Source: Octopus sinensis
Taxonomy: Eukaryota
Direction: 5' to 3'
Length of the DNA stretch: 64,000 nucleotides
NCBI RefSeq assembly: GCF_006345805.1
Contig: NC_042999.1
Location: 163,184,001 to 163,248,000, forward strand
The notes below the pieces were generated by a model. That model did not search any database and was not told the origin of the DNA. It was given only the letters and a program-made list of their open reading frames with translations. Of the stretch, positions 24,647 to 37,708 are shown one piece after another; position 1 is the stretch's first letter; each line of letters begins with the position of its first letter. A program made the position numbers and the translations under genes.

Positions 24647-25940
24647 TTATTGTCCTGGAATAAAATGAAATATTTTTCCAGCAGGCATAAATCACATTTG
24701 ATGGGTCTTTCATGTGCACCATGCCTGTAAGGTGCTGCTCTATCCAAAATACTCCATGTCATGTTGAAAGCTCGGGCTTCTTTTTCTTTTAATTCCCAGA
24801 CATACTTAGCCAGGCTGATCTTCATCCTATTTTCGGGGTATCTGAAGGAATTTTTATGTGAATAATATCGGGTTTTGAAAGAATTTTCAGAAGCCCCTGT
24901 ATAAGTTCTATATTCGTGTGAGCCTCCTATCTGCACCTTGGCTCCTTTCTCCAGACATTTTCCTTCCAATGGACAGGAAGAGCCATCTTTGCAATTACAA
25001 TTTTTAAGAAGAGAATCGGCACTATGATTATTAACAATTATCTACTCTTGTGTTGGTTAATAAAAGAGGCAAAGTTTTTTGCAACAAGAATAGCTGATCT
25101 TAAGCATTCTTCTATTAAATATTCTATAAAACTTATAGTCAGGTTGAAAATGTATAGAGACTAATTCTAATAATTCCCTACCTATATTTGTTTTTATGGC
25201 CATATTGAAAGCTGGGTTAAACCACAACTTTCCTAGTCCTAGTCCTACATGTAGCATTACTGCTAGCATTAAGTTGGTTATACTGGATTTTCTCAGAGTA
25301 TCAAATATTCCTTAATGCGTTATTGTAATAAGGTCCGGCATTTTGGAATGCTGCCTCATCCGAAGAAATTGATGATATTCATCTACCTACATTACTAAGT
25401 TCCTAAGAATAACTGGCAGATGATTGAATTCTTTGCTTGTCATTAGGCTTGTCATTAGCTTGTCATTAGGCTTACGGTAAGGTTTAAATCTATCCGACCT
25501 TATATTCAAATTTACATCTAAAAAATCTACACTTTTCAGGTTAGTATCTATCGTAACCCATTTGCCCATCCTTTGGAAGAAAGCAATAAGATCCTTCCTA
25601 AGCTTATCTGATTCATGGCCGTTTAAATTATAGGTGGCTATAAGGCCGTCATCCCTATATAATCCTGCATCTATAAACGGGAATTCTAGTTTTAGATTAT
25701 GAAGAATATAGGCTCCTATGAGCATACATAACTCAGCCCCATCGTATGCCCCTATCGGTACATCAAAAAGAGAATCCTCACTCTCCTTAACCTAGGTAGA
25801 ATCCTCATAAAAAATAAGTGATTTCCTCGCATGTATGATAATATCACTTTTTGAGTTATCGATGTTGACATACTGCTTGGCGAAGTCTTATGCTTTTAGG
25901 AGTAAAGGCCTAGATATTGACAGGTAGAAGTCAATATTAC
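24647..25940 (-). mobile_element. Penelope-like element, RT followed by GIY-YIG endonuclease, degenerate and 5'-truncated
   Basis: FDVPIGAYDGAE, GLYRDDGL, FLDVNL, WFNPAF...KTNIG, CNC...CPLEGKCL, YTGASENSFKTRY...CDLCLLEK. Confidence 0.85.
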
Positions 25941-26279
25941 ACACACACACACACACATTCTCAGCTTCATATATATAGATGACTCGGAAGTTTTGTTCCT
26001 CTTCAATTACAATTTCTGCAACCGAATACACATCGTTGATTGGTTGAAATTACCCAAATACCACAACTTTAACACGGAAAACTTCTAAAATACCAAATTT
26101 TGTCAAAAATGTTCAAAGTAAACCGTGTTCTACCTGTGACATTCCACCTGTATATGAAGTTTCAAACTGTTTAGTTAAAAAAAAATTAATTAAAAAATTG
26201 AACAGGTCCAGAATAGTATATTCTTTGTGCATCAATTTAAAAATAGAAATTGATATTAATCCTTTTCTTTTTTTCAAAG

Positions 26280-26363
26280 GCTGATATTTTTTCATTTGGA
26301 ATAATCCTTTGTGAAATAACAGCCAGAATAGATGCAGATCCTGATATTTTACCAAGGACTGAG
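26280..26363 (+). CDS. TESK: TESK exon: ADIFSFGIILCEITARIDADPDILPRTE
   Basis: Acceptor tttttttcaaag, donor gtaaga. Subdomain IX plus the TESK/LIMK ADPDxLPRT motif. 84 nt. Confidence 0.95.
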
Positions 26364-26999
26364 GTAAGATTAATCTTAATCCCTTTATCTAACAAGTGAA
26401 TCAACTAGTGAATTGTTAAAGTAATAATCTCACTAATCACAATGCCAAAAATAATGTTTTTGTTTTTATCTGTTATAAAAAATTTAACGGTTAAAAAACT
26501 CTGCAGATGTCATGTGACAACTGCTGTTACACAGCTGGAAGAATGTTATGAGAATGGCAGAGTTGCTAATTCAAGAAAAGGTTATAAAGTCAATTGCTCA
26601 GTTTCAAGGTAACATGTTTTCAGACAGTAAAATGTTGACATTTGACTAAAATGGTTTTCACCTCTCTCTTTATATTACTGCAAGAGAAAGAATTAATAGG
26701 CATTACTGCTAGGGTTGTAGCTTAAATTTATGTTAGGATCTCATATTTAACCATGTGACAGTACTAATCATGATCATCATAATTTTGTCTGCTTTTTCTG
26801 GCCTAGCTTTGACAAAACTACTTGGGACAGAGGCAGATGTCCTTCATTATGTCATCCCCACCTATATTTTTTAAGATACTTTATTCAGTCTCTTTGCATG
26901 TCAAATCTCTAAAGGACATTTTGTTTGTGAAAAATATAAACAATATGACTTCTGCTGGAGTGGTATCAGTGCCACACATACACTTGCTATATATATGGA

Positions 27000-27829
27000 C
27001 AAAATCAAAAGCAAACTCGATGAACATTAATGGAATTTGTAGTTTTGTGGTACCAGTGCTGGTGGCACACAAGAAAACCATCCGAACGTGGCCGTAGCCA
27101 GTACCGTATTGACTAGCCTCCGTACTGGTGGCACGTAACAAAAACCATCCGATCGTGGCCGTGTCAACCTTGCCTGGCCTCCGTGCCAGTGGCACGTAAA
27201 AAACACCATCCGAGTGTGGCCGTTTGCCAGCCTTGTCTGGCACCTGTGTCGGTGGCACATAAAAAGCACCCACTACACTCACGGAGTGGTTGGCATTAGG
27301 AAGGGCATCCAGCTGTAGAAACACTGCCAGATCTGACTGGCCTGGTGCAGCCTTCGGGCTTCCCAGACCTCAGTTGAACCGTCCAACCCATGCTAGCATG
27401 GAAAGCGGACGTTAAACGATGATGATGATAGGCGCAGGAGTGGCTGTGTGGTAAGTAGCTTGCTAATCAACCACATGGTTCCGGGTTCAGTCCCACTGCG
27501 TGGCATCTTCTGCTATAGCCTCGGGCCGACCAATGTCTTGTGAGTGGATTTGGTAGACGGAAACTGAAAGAAGCCTGTTGTATATATGTATATATATATA
27601 AGTGTGTGTGTATATGTTTGTGTGTCTGTGTTTGTCCCCCTAGCATTGCTTGACAACCGATGCTGGTGTGTTTACGTCCCTGTCACTTAGCAGTTCAGCA
27701 AAAGAGACCGATAGAATAAGTACTGGGCTTACAAAGAATAAGTCCCAGGGTCTATTTGCTCAACTAAAGGTGGTGCTCCAGCATGGCCGCAGTCAAATGA
27801 CTGAAACAAGAAAAAGAGTAAAAAAGAGT
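27000..27829 (+). mobile_element. RTE-tail element (27000-27428) directly followed by a family A SINE (27430-27829)
   Basis: Similarity to the other in-window copies. Confidence 0.75.
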
Positions 27830-28543
27830 ATATATGGGGGGGGGAGGACTCTCCTGTGGAAGACATTGTATGAGTGTTCAGCTTTTTTTACTCAATGACC
27901 TGCACAAATGAATTGTTTCTAGTGATCAAATGTATGTGTTGTACATTAGCTCAGTCCCTCCATCAAATCAATGTTGCCTGAACCGATGATGCATAGTATG
28001 CCACACATCAGGTGTCAAAGTGGTTGCAGAGCAACATGTGATGAAGTGTTTTGCTCAAGAATGCAATGCACCACTCAGTCTAGGAATTGAAACCACAATT
28101 TTACAATCATGGATGCAACACCCTAATCACTAGGCCATGTATCCTCACTTGCTATATATATATATTTTTTTTCTAGTTTCAGCTCAGAGCTGCGGCCATG
28201 CTGATGCACCGCCGTTTAAGAACAGATGTTGTTACACATCGCTGGTCACAATGCACTTCGCATTGTTTTAGCCTTCGAATGACGCCACCCCGCTGGCTAA
28301 GTGAGCAAGCCAACAGAAGAAAGAGTGGTGAAAGAGTACAGCAGGGATCACCACCCCCTGCCGGAGCCTCGTGGAGCTTTTAGGTGTTTTCGCTCAATAA
28401 ACACTCACAACGCCCGGTCTGGGAATCGAAACCGTAATCCTGCAACCGCGAGTCCGCTGCCCTAACCACTGGGCCATTGCGTCTCCAATGGATGTTGCCA
28501 TATTCAATTGTCCAAATTTTGATTATAATATTCCATTATTACT

Positions 28544-28910
28544 TCATCATCATCATCATCATCATCCAGCGTTTTAAATCCAGGTTTTGTCCCCGTTAAC
28601 AGGGGTGGCCGGATCTACCTCACTGCAATAGCAACTTCCCTCACACCATCTCACCTGGTTTTGGGTGTCCTCCCTCTCAAGCCAACCCTCCTAATCTCCT
28701 CCCCCACCTGTCCTCCCATGTTTTCCTTGGTCTACCTCGCTTTTGCGGTCCATTTAACTCAAACTCAAGTGTCCACCTCAGAACATGATCCGCCATACCA
28801 CCTCACTCCATTCACCCTTGCCAGCTGTTCCACCGATTCCTCCAACCCCAGCATCCCCATCATGTCCTCAGTCCTCCTCTTATTATCAAACAGTGTTATG
28901 CTCCATGAAA
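28544..28910 (-). mobile_element. Second RTE-like 3' end family (other copy at 42505-42695)
   Basis: The two copies share gttttaaatccaggttttgtccccgttaaca..ggtgg..ggatctacctca and a (CAT)n tail on the left. Confidence 0.55.
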
Positions 28911-29589
28911 AAGAGTGATTTTACAACAGTGATAAGTGACCGAGACCTTTGGAAATATACAGTGCTGGAGAAGATCTATCAAGCCAATTGAGGTTGTAGT
29001 CGTGACCAATGCTGGTATTACATTACTGGCATGTAAAAAGCACCCACTACTCTCTTGGAGTGGTTGGTGTTAGAAAGGGTATCCAGCCGTTGAAACCTTG
29101 CCAAATCAGACCGGAACCTGGTGCAGCTCCCCAGCTTACCAGTTTTCAGTGAAACCATCCAACCCATGCCAGTATGGACAATGTACGTTGAATGATGATG
29201 ATAATACTCTTCTTATTAAAATTATGTGTATGTCATCAAAAATATCAACAATTTTATTAATGATAGAAAATAATGCATCAAAACAATGGGGGAAGCTATA
29301 TGTCAGCAACCAAGTAAATACGCATGGAAGTGCTTGAGTCAAACCCAAGATGCTAGACAAGTTTAAGAGATACAGGGAAGAAGTTCAACTCAGGTAGACT
29401 ATGATTGGTGTCTTCATATACGGATTTAATAAAAAGAATTGTCTAAAACATATATTAATACATTCAAAATATAGAGTTATAGAAATATAAAAATATATAT
29501 GAATGTTAAAAATATGCAAGGACAAATATATATATATACATATATAAATATAATGGAGTATAGATAAAAATATAGACATTTTGTTTGTT

Positions 29590-29933
29590 TTAAAAGAGTT
29601 TTTTAGTACCATATTTAAATGAAAAGAAGTATTCCTATGATCGTTTCAAGGGTTCATTCCAAGAGTACGTGAATCTTATGATTATTGCCACTTGGTTATA
29701 ATTTTAAGAAATAAAAAAACTCCCACCTGCCCTCTTAATAATTTCCATAACATGTACGTTTCTTAGATAAAACATAAATTAACACCTCCAAAACACATTT
29801 CTGGTGCAAGCACTATTCTTTTTTCCCTTGAAGTGAATCGTAAGGTTCACATGTACTCTCAGAATGAAACCTTGGAACGATCGTGGGAATACTTCTTTTC
29901 ATTTAAGTATGGTACTAAAAAAACTCTTTTTAA
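29590..29933. mobile_element. MITE-like element with ~85-bp terminal inverted repeats
   Basis: aaaagagttttttagtaccatatttaaatgaaaagaagtattcc... is mirrored at 29840-29930. TTAA occurs at both ends. Confidence 0.65.
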
Positions 29934-30136
29934 ACATTTATTACTCTCTGCATTCCATAATCTTTAAACAAAATGTCTTTATATACATTTATTATTCTCA
30001 TCGAGATGTACTTGCATAGCAAGTGACCTGATCTGAGATCGTGTGCTGGAACGAAAACAGTTGCAGCGTGGAAGGTGCTTATAAGCCATTTAAGAAACAC
30101 AAAAACCATTAGATTCACTTCAACATTTAAATTTAA

Positions 30137-30187
30137 TTTGCCAAAATATTTTCGTTACTTTGAGACCACGACCTGTTCACTGACAAA
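30137..30187 (-). ncRNA. Minimal type I hammerhead motif, G3:C8 variant
   Basis: Minus strand reads TTTGTCA-GTGAACA-G-GTCGT ggtctcaaa GTAAC-GAAA-ATAT-TT-TGGCAAA. 7-bp stem I (one G.U), palindromic AATATT stem III. Confidence 0.55.
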
Positions 30188-30617
30188 ATTCCATGCTTAT
30201 GTTTCTTAAATGGGTTATAAATCACCTTCCACGCTGCAATTGTTTTCGTTATATTTTTATCTATACTCCTTTATATTTATATATGTATATGTTTATTTGT
30301 CCTTACATATTTTTAACATTCATATATATTTTTATATTTCTATACACTCATGGAGTGGTTGGCGTTAGGAAGGGCATCCAACTGTAGAAACATTGCCAGA
30401 TCAAACTGGGCCTGGTGCAGCCTTCTGACTTCCCAGACCCCAGTTGAACCGTCCAACCCATGCTAGTGTGGAAAGCGGACGCTAAACGATGAAACAATAA
30501 CTCTTATATTTTGAATGTGTTAATAGATGTTTTAGAGAATTCTTTTTATTAAATCTGTATATGTATACACCAGTTGTAGTCTGCCTGAGATGAACTTCTT
30601 CCCTGTATCTCTTGAAC

Positions 30618-30650
<33 letters not shown>

Positions 30651-31009
30651 GTTATGGTAAATAAATCTCAACTGTTTCCTCTTGAAGCACATCTGGTTAT
30701 TCCATTATTGCAATCCAATATGTAGTCTCAGTTGCTGTTGTATGTTAGCTTAAAATACATGTTAAAATTGAGAATTATGGAAATATTATTTGCAGATTTA
30801 TTGTATAACCAGAGAGGACGTTAGAAAGCTTTTGATATCATTTATCCATCATTACACGTTTCATTTGCTAATAGGAATTTTAAAAATTTACATGTTAGAT
30901 CGATATGTTAGGAATTTCCTGTTAGAAATTCTTATATTTGGATGAAGTGTTTTTATTTAGATAGCAATTAGGGACTAGTGGTGAGGAAAGAAAATAGAGA
31001 GACACTCAC

Positions 31010-31044
<35 letters not shown>

Positions 31045-31564
31045 CTCTCTTTTCTTCCCTCATCAACACTATTTTTACTACTCCTGATTACTATCTAAAC
31101 ATAAATGCTGAGTCAGCATGTACAGAAGTGGGGATCTATTACATGATAATGAAAGATTCTGACAAGTGACCATCTACTCTAACCACTGAGTAAATGTTGC
31201 TATACATTGCAGTGATCCAGCCTTTGAAGATGAGACTGAAACCAGCTGCTAAGCATTGGTGGTTGATACTAAAAAGCTTTTAATGGACCTAAATTGATTA
31301 GGACCCCACCCGTATCAGATTCTTTACCCACTCTTTCTATGATTTTATCGCGTGAGCTGGAGGTTATCATAGATAAATATATCTAGTATGGCACATGTCT
31401 GTGCCTCTCCCTAGGCCAGCAATTTTTGAGAGGAGGAGAAGTTGATTATGTCAACCCTAGTACTTGATTGGTGCTTTATCTTATCCATCTGAAAAGTTGG
31501 CCTCAGCAGAATTTTAGTTTAGAATGTAAAGAACCAGAAAATCATCATTACCACTACCATCAAC

Positions 31565-32330
31565 ATCATCATCATCATCTTTTAGGACCTGTTTTCAATG
31601 CTGGTATGAGTTGAACAGTTTGATAGAAACTGACCGCTTGGAGAGCTCCCCAAGTTCTAATTGTCCATTTTGGAATGGTTTCTATGGCTAGATGCCCTTC
31701 CCAGTGCCAACCACTTCACAGGGTGTATGGATGCTTTTACATGGCACCAGAACAGGCACTTTTATGTGGAACTATCATGAACACTTTTATAGAACCGATA
31801 TGGGAACTTTTCCATAGCCCTGGTATGGGTGGTTTTATGTGGCCTTGCATGGATGCTTTTGCATGGCACTGGCACGAGTGCTTTTACATGACAACCATCA
31901 CCTACAAGCCCTCAAGACAAGGATTTTTTGGCTGAAGAGAGGAAAGTGGATGATACGCCTGTATATATGGACGGCCACAGTTTTACTTAGCTTCACATGC
32001 ACTGCAAACTCCTAGAAGTCTCAATCCCTTGTCATCTCTGTGAGACCCAATGTCTGAAGATCCTTTCTCACTATGTTGTTCCACATCTTCCTGGGTCTAC
32101 CCCTTCCACAGCTTCTCTCCACAATTAGAGATCAGCACTTCTTTATGCATCTGTCCTCATCCATATGCATCATATAACCCTACCAGCACCGTCATCTCCC
32201 TTGCACACTACATGTGATTCCTCTTAGGCCCAATTTTTCTCTTTAGTCATTTACACTCTGTTGTACATGAACAACTGTATATTACCCATCCAGCGGAATA
32301 TACTGGCTTAATTTCTTTTAAGCCTTTGCA
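31565..32330 (-). mobile_element. Degenerate RTE LINE 3' portion
   Basis: Same layout as 1474-2950: CAT tail on the left, 3' UTR, then an RT C-terminal remnant. Confidence 0.55.
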
Positions 32331-33380
32331 TGTCCTCTATAGTCATAATCCATATTTCACAATAACTAAAAATGGTTTCAGATATTGGCATAAGGCCAGC
32401 AATTTTTAGAGAGAAGGCCGATGCCAGCGCCGCCTCGACTGGCTTTCGTGTCGGTGGCACGTAAAAAGCACCATCCGAATCGTGGCCGAAGCCAGTGCCG
32501 CCTGGCACCTGTGCAGGTGGCACGTAAAAAGCAGCCACTACACTCACGGAGTGGTTGGCGTTAGGAAGGGCATCCAGCTGTAGAAACACTGCCAGATAAG
32601 ACCGGAGCCTGGTGCAGCCTTCTGGCTTCCCAGATCCCCGGTTGAACCGTCCAACCCATGCTAGCATGGAGAACGGACGTTAAACGATGATGATGATGAT
32701 GAAGGTAAATTGATTGCATCAACCCCAGTGCTCCACTGGTGCTTGGTTAGTTTATTGATCCTGAAATGATAAAAGCAAAGTTGACTTCGACAGAATTTTA
32801 ACTCAGACAAATAAAATGCTACTCAGTCTTTTGCCTGGTGTGCTAACAATTCTGCCATCTCACTGCCTTAATGATAATCCTTTCTGCTATAAGTACACAG
32901 CCTGGAATTTGAGGGGAGGGGAATAGTTGATCACCTCGACCCTAATACTTGACCAGTATTTAATTTATCAACCCTGAAAGGATGCAAAGCTAAGTCAACC
33001 TCAGCAAAGTTTGACCCCAAAATGTGAAGATGGACAATATGCCTCTAAGCATTTTTCCCAGCATCCTAATGATTCTGTCAGCTTGCCATCTTAACAATAG
33101 TAATTCTTTCTATTATAGGGACAGGGCCACAGACTTTGAGGGCAATGGTTTAATCAATACCAACAACTCACTACTTGTTTGGTATATTATTTTATTAACC
33201 CCATAGGGACGGAAAGTAAAATTGACCTGAGTGGGATTTGAACTCTGGATGTAAAGAGCTAGAACAAATACTGCAAAGCATCTTTCCAATGCTCTAACAA
33301 TTCTGTCAATTGTTTCTGATTTCAGCACAAGACCTGCAGTTTTGAAGGAAGTGTATTAGTCAGTACCATTGACCCTTGTA

Positions 33381-34301
33381 TTGGGTCATCCCATAAATAG
33401 TGCGGTTCTTTCAATTGCATGGACAAAAGTTGGAGGGGGACAGGATAAACTACCTGCATCAACTTGCTATAAAAGCAGGTAGTCATTTTACCTTGTACTT
33501 ATTCTTAGTGCAAGTTTTGAAGAGTGCAGTTCGATTTCAACAGTTATTTTTTCAAAGCTATAATGGAAGGGATAAAGGAGCATATTCAGCATATTTTGCT
33601 TTATGATTTCAATAAAGGCAACAATGCAACAGAAAGTGTGAGGAATATTAATGCAGTATATGGGGATTGGACAATAAGTGTAAGCCAGTGTCAACGGGGG
33701 TTCCAGAAATTCTGAGCCAGAAACTACAGCCTAGAAGACGAGCCTTGTCTGGAAAGATCTGTAGAGCTTGACAAGGACATCCTGCAAACCCTGGTGGAAC
33801 AAAATCCCATCGTAACTGTTGAAGAACTAGCAGAGAAGCTTGGATTTGGTCATTCAACCATTCATCAACCGTGCCATCAGAAAATTACCATCTTTGGTTT
33901 CAAAACGAAAGGTGTTCTTCCATCAGGATAATGCTCAGCCACATACAGTGAGGATGACATTCCAAAGGCTGGAGCAGTTTGAATGGGAAACGATGCCCCA
34001 CCCACCATATTCGCCAAACATTGCCCCATCTGATTAATCATTTATTCTGCAGTCTTCAAAATCATTTGGGTAGAAAAAATATGAATTCTGTAGACGAGGT
34101 CAGAACAGTACTGGAGGAGTATTTTTAGTCATGGACAAGTGAATTTTGTAAGAGGGGCCTTGCAAGTCTACCAGATAGATGGAAGAGCATTGTAGAAAAT
34201 GAAGGAGAGTATATTTTAGATTAAAAAGGAACTTTTTTTATCTTAATTTTGAAAAATAAAAGAAGTGTAAAAAAAGCCATATTATTTATGGGATGACCCA
34301 A
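33381..34301 (+). mobile_element. Internally deleted mariner transposon
   Basis: TA|TTGGGTCATCCCATAAAT ... ATTTATGGGATGACCCAA|TA. HTH remnant plus HQDNAQPH and HPPYSPNIAPSD; the central catalytic region is missing. Confidence 0.88.
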
Positions 34302-34944
34302 TACTTAAATGTTATTTATCTTATTGGCCCCAAAAAGATGAAAGGCAAAGTTGAACTCAGAAAGTAAAGGGTTATAATTAGAGACTATAAGACATTTTGG
34401 TTGATGCCCTGACAATTATGTTAGTCCACAACTCTCCTAATGATCTTTTTTTACATAGGCACAAATCCAGGAATTTATGTGATGGAGGTAGTTGATTATA
34501 TTAACTTAAGTGCTTGATTAGTATTTCAGCAGGATTTGAACCATGATTGTAATAAGTTGTATCTAAGTACAGTTAAGGCATTTAACATTAATGATTCTGC
34601 CAAATGACTTCTAATATCAAATACTAATAATTAATAAATAGTATGTTTCTCTCTATTTCGAATGCCATGTGCTGACCATGTAATAACTTCTGATGCTGTA
34701 TAGATGTGCCAACAGTAAAATATTGCTTACACATCGAAGATGGATTTCTTTTTGACATCGTTTCTTTGTTTTGTGGATTAACTTTAGAAAATTTTAAGAA
34801 GTGTAGATTTTATCAAGAGAATATTGATTTTATTTCAAACAATCAGGAAAAATCTATCTAAATGCATTAAAATTTCAAATATGACAATGTTATATTGATT
34901 GGAAACTGTCCCTAATCAGTAATTTTTGTTTTTTTAATTTTTAG

Positions 34945-35031
34945 AACTTTGGTCTAGATTACATTGCATTCAGTGAAATGGTTGAATATTGTCCATTAGA
35001 TTTCTTACACTTGGCATTCAGATGTTGTCAG
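34945..35031 (+). CDS. TESK: TESK exon: NFGLDYIAFSEMVEYCPLDFLHLAFRCCQ
   Basis: Acceptor ttaatttttag, donor gtaaga. FGLD...CP.DFL.LAF.CC motif. 87 nt. Confidence 0.93.
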
Positions 35032-35249
35032 GTAAGAGTATGGGAACATATAGTTTCCTTTTCTATGTTTACTTTGATTTTTTTTTCCTTTTTGTTTTTG
35101 TAGTTGGAAGTGTATTTTTACTAAAACATTAGTCAAATCTGCTCAAGTTGGCAGGGTGTGGATTTACTTGCTGATAAGTTGGCAGTTTGTATCTCATCAC
35201 CAGATACTCAACTGAGATACTCAACCCTTAATGACCCAAGTCCAAACTT

Positions 35250-36650
35250 ACTGTTATTAAAATGGATGGTGTTGACTTTTTAATAAATTATTCTAAGAGG
35301 TAGAAGAGAAATCTAAGTTTAAGAGGGATGAAATTTTTATTGATATATTGGATGTAGCGGGAGAAAGAAAAATAATTGTAAAGTATGACAGAGTGTTAGT
35401 TAAAAAATAATCAACAAGAATGCTTACAAATCTGAAAAATGGAAATAGGAGTCAGAGGAAGGGAAAATAATTTTAGAAGGAAAAATAATATGTAATCCTC
35501 ATGAATGCGTTAAAGGGGGTATTTTTTCTGCTGCTGCATTGACTGATGCAGAAAGAAACTTAATGTTTGAAGCATTGGGTCTGAGAAAACAAGTGAAAGA
35601 ATTTACAATTAAATATCTTTGTATTGAGTGGAAATTGCTAATCCGCAGACAGATTGAGGAAGTCCGAATAAATTAGAACAACAAGTTTTCATTAACACTT
35701 GTATTCCAGGAAGGGTTCAATTATAAATGATATTTTTGAAATTTTCTCCCCATTCCAACATTGAAATGTCAAGAAGTAGGTTTAGAAAGTACTTGAGTAT
35801 TTAGGAGATGCTTATAGGAGTTATTATTTAGGTCATTATTTCTCATGGAAGTGGTTGGACAAATTGCCATGTTTATTGAAATTCAGATAATTTTTAACTT
35901 GTGTAACACCATGGCAACAAAAGAAGTATTATATGGATGCAATCTCTTATTTGTTTTCTCTTAATAAAGTGAAGAGGGGGAAATTTTCTCTGGTGGAGGG
36001 CTAGGAAGCCACTGATGTAGATAATGTCTGGTTTACCAGTGATTGGGTGAAATAAGGTTGGTGAAGATCCATTCAAAGTAGTTGGTGACCTGGAATTGAC
36101 TTGGAGATCAGTATGAGTATACTATTGCAGATGGAGGGACAAGTGTGATATATAGAGGAGAAACAAGTTTCTCTCTCTTTTGAAAGTGGATATGCTTGAG
36201 AAAGGCAGTTGCAGTTTGATGGTCAGAATAAAGGAACTGAAATTTGCAGAGGATAATCTGCCAAAATTTCAGAGCAGATAACCAGCAGATAATAGAAAAG
36301 AAAACTCTATCATGAAGTGTGTGTATAGTATGATGGCTTGGTAGAGTGCTACATTGACTATTTGCTAATATTATCCATGGTTTGTAAAGAGTGGCTTTGG
36401 AGATGTTATTATTGTTTAGATCTTGATTGAACAGATTCCTGTATGAACAACTATACAGAAATCATATATTTTGTGGTTACTCATCAATCCAGTTTTGTTT
36501 TTCAGAGTATTGTATAATTTCTACTTCAGTGAATTCTATGACTATTGTAAGATGAGTAAAATCTGTGGTAAAAATCTTTCGAGCTGGAATATCCAACTAT
36601 AAAAATTGAAGTATATACCAGTTTAAAAATTGTTGAGTTATGACGGAAAC
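35250..36650 (-). mobile_element. Possible highly decayed PLE (GIY-YIG-like remnants)
   Basis: Weak minus-strand motifs only (NLSNHFHEKSDL...HFN). Confidence 0.25.
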
Positions 36651-36843
36651 AAGCATGGTGTTAGAGATGACACATACACTAAGAAGTTCAATATGGAATG
36701 CCATAGGTGCAGCAAGTTAACAGTAAAAAAACAAACAATCTTTAGTCATTTATTATATTCTATTTGTGCAAAAAAATATCAACCTTGACTTGACTGCATG
36801 AACCTAAATTTTCTTAACAGATTAATTTTTTCTTCAATTTTAG

Positions 36844-36946
36844 ATTGATCCTCTGAAACGACCAACATTTGCTAACAACGTAGAATGTTTGCTGCAGATG
36901 CGACATTTTCTAAATAATCCTGGGAATCCTGGAAAAGATAACAAAA
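36844..36946 (+). CDS. TESK: TESK exon: IDPLKRPTFANNVECLLQMRHFLNNPGNPGKDNK
   Basis: Acceptor cttcaattttag, donor gtaaga. Subdomain XI DPxxRPTF. 103 nt, ends phase 1. Confidence 0.88.
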
Positions 36947-37708
36947 GTAAGAGTCTGATAAGCATAACATATATTGCTTTTTTCTTTTTCATTATTTCTC
37001 ATTAAATATTCAATATGGTTAAGGTAACTTTTGTTGGTGTGATTATCCTTTGTAGAGCTGGATAATCTTTCTGATGTCAATTACACATATAGGAAGTGGT
37101 AGCTGTTTGTCAGTTTCATGAAGGAAGTTATATTGATGTTATATAAATGTGAGTGTGTATGTGCATTGTATATGTGTGTACATACACACACAATATTATG
37201 TGTAATACTTTAAAAATTGATGCTCGTAAAGTAATTGTTCAATACACACAAAGCAGGAAAAAGTAATAGCTTTTTTAATACAATTTGTATTAAGGATGCA
37301 TATAATTGATGATAGTCAAATGGGTCAGAAATATTTTTCCTTCAACTTCTCTTATATATGTCTGAACTGTTGCTAGCTGCATTCTGTTGATTCAAAATAT
37401 TAGAATGCTTCAGGAATTATATATTAATAACAGTTTACTCAGCTCCACATTGCATAGAGTTTCATGAGCATAGAACACATCTAGATCATGATTTATATAC
37501 ATGCCAACACACGAAGCTCTTGAACCTTGAGTCACTCTGCTGCTTCTGCTAAATATTAATAAAAGTATACATATACTCATATTTTGAGTTCTATTTGAAC
37601 CCTGAATTCTTCATCCAGGACTAGGTCTATGGCTATAAGAGAAATCCAAGGTGAGCTGATATGGAGGTAGTGATGCAGATAAACACAATTAGGTTTGACA
37701 TATGTATA

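Noticed and set aside
24647-25940. Possible selenoprotein-coding Naiad-type PLE
   Set aside because: The domain order is RT then GIY-YIG (canonical, not permuted), and the linker cysteines I read are TGT/TGC, not TGA.
36821-36843. Alternative upstream acceptor for the subdomain XI exon
   Set aside because: It adds 23 nt and breaks the reading frame.
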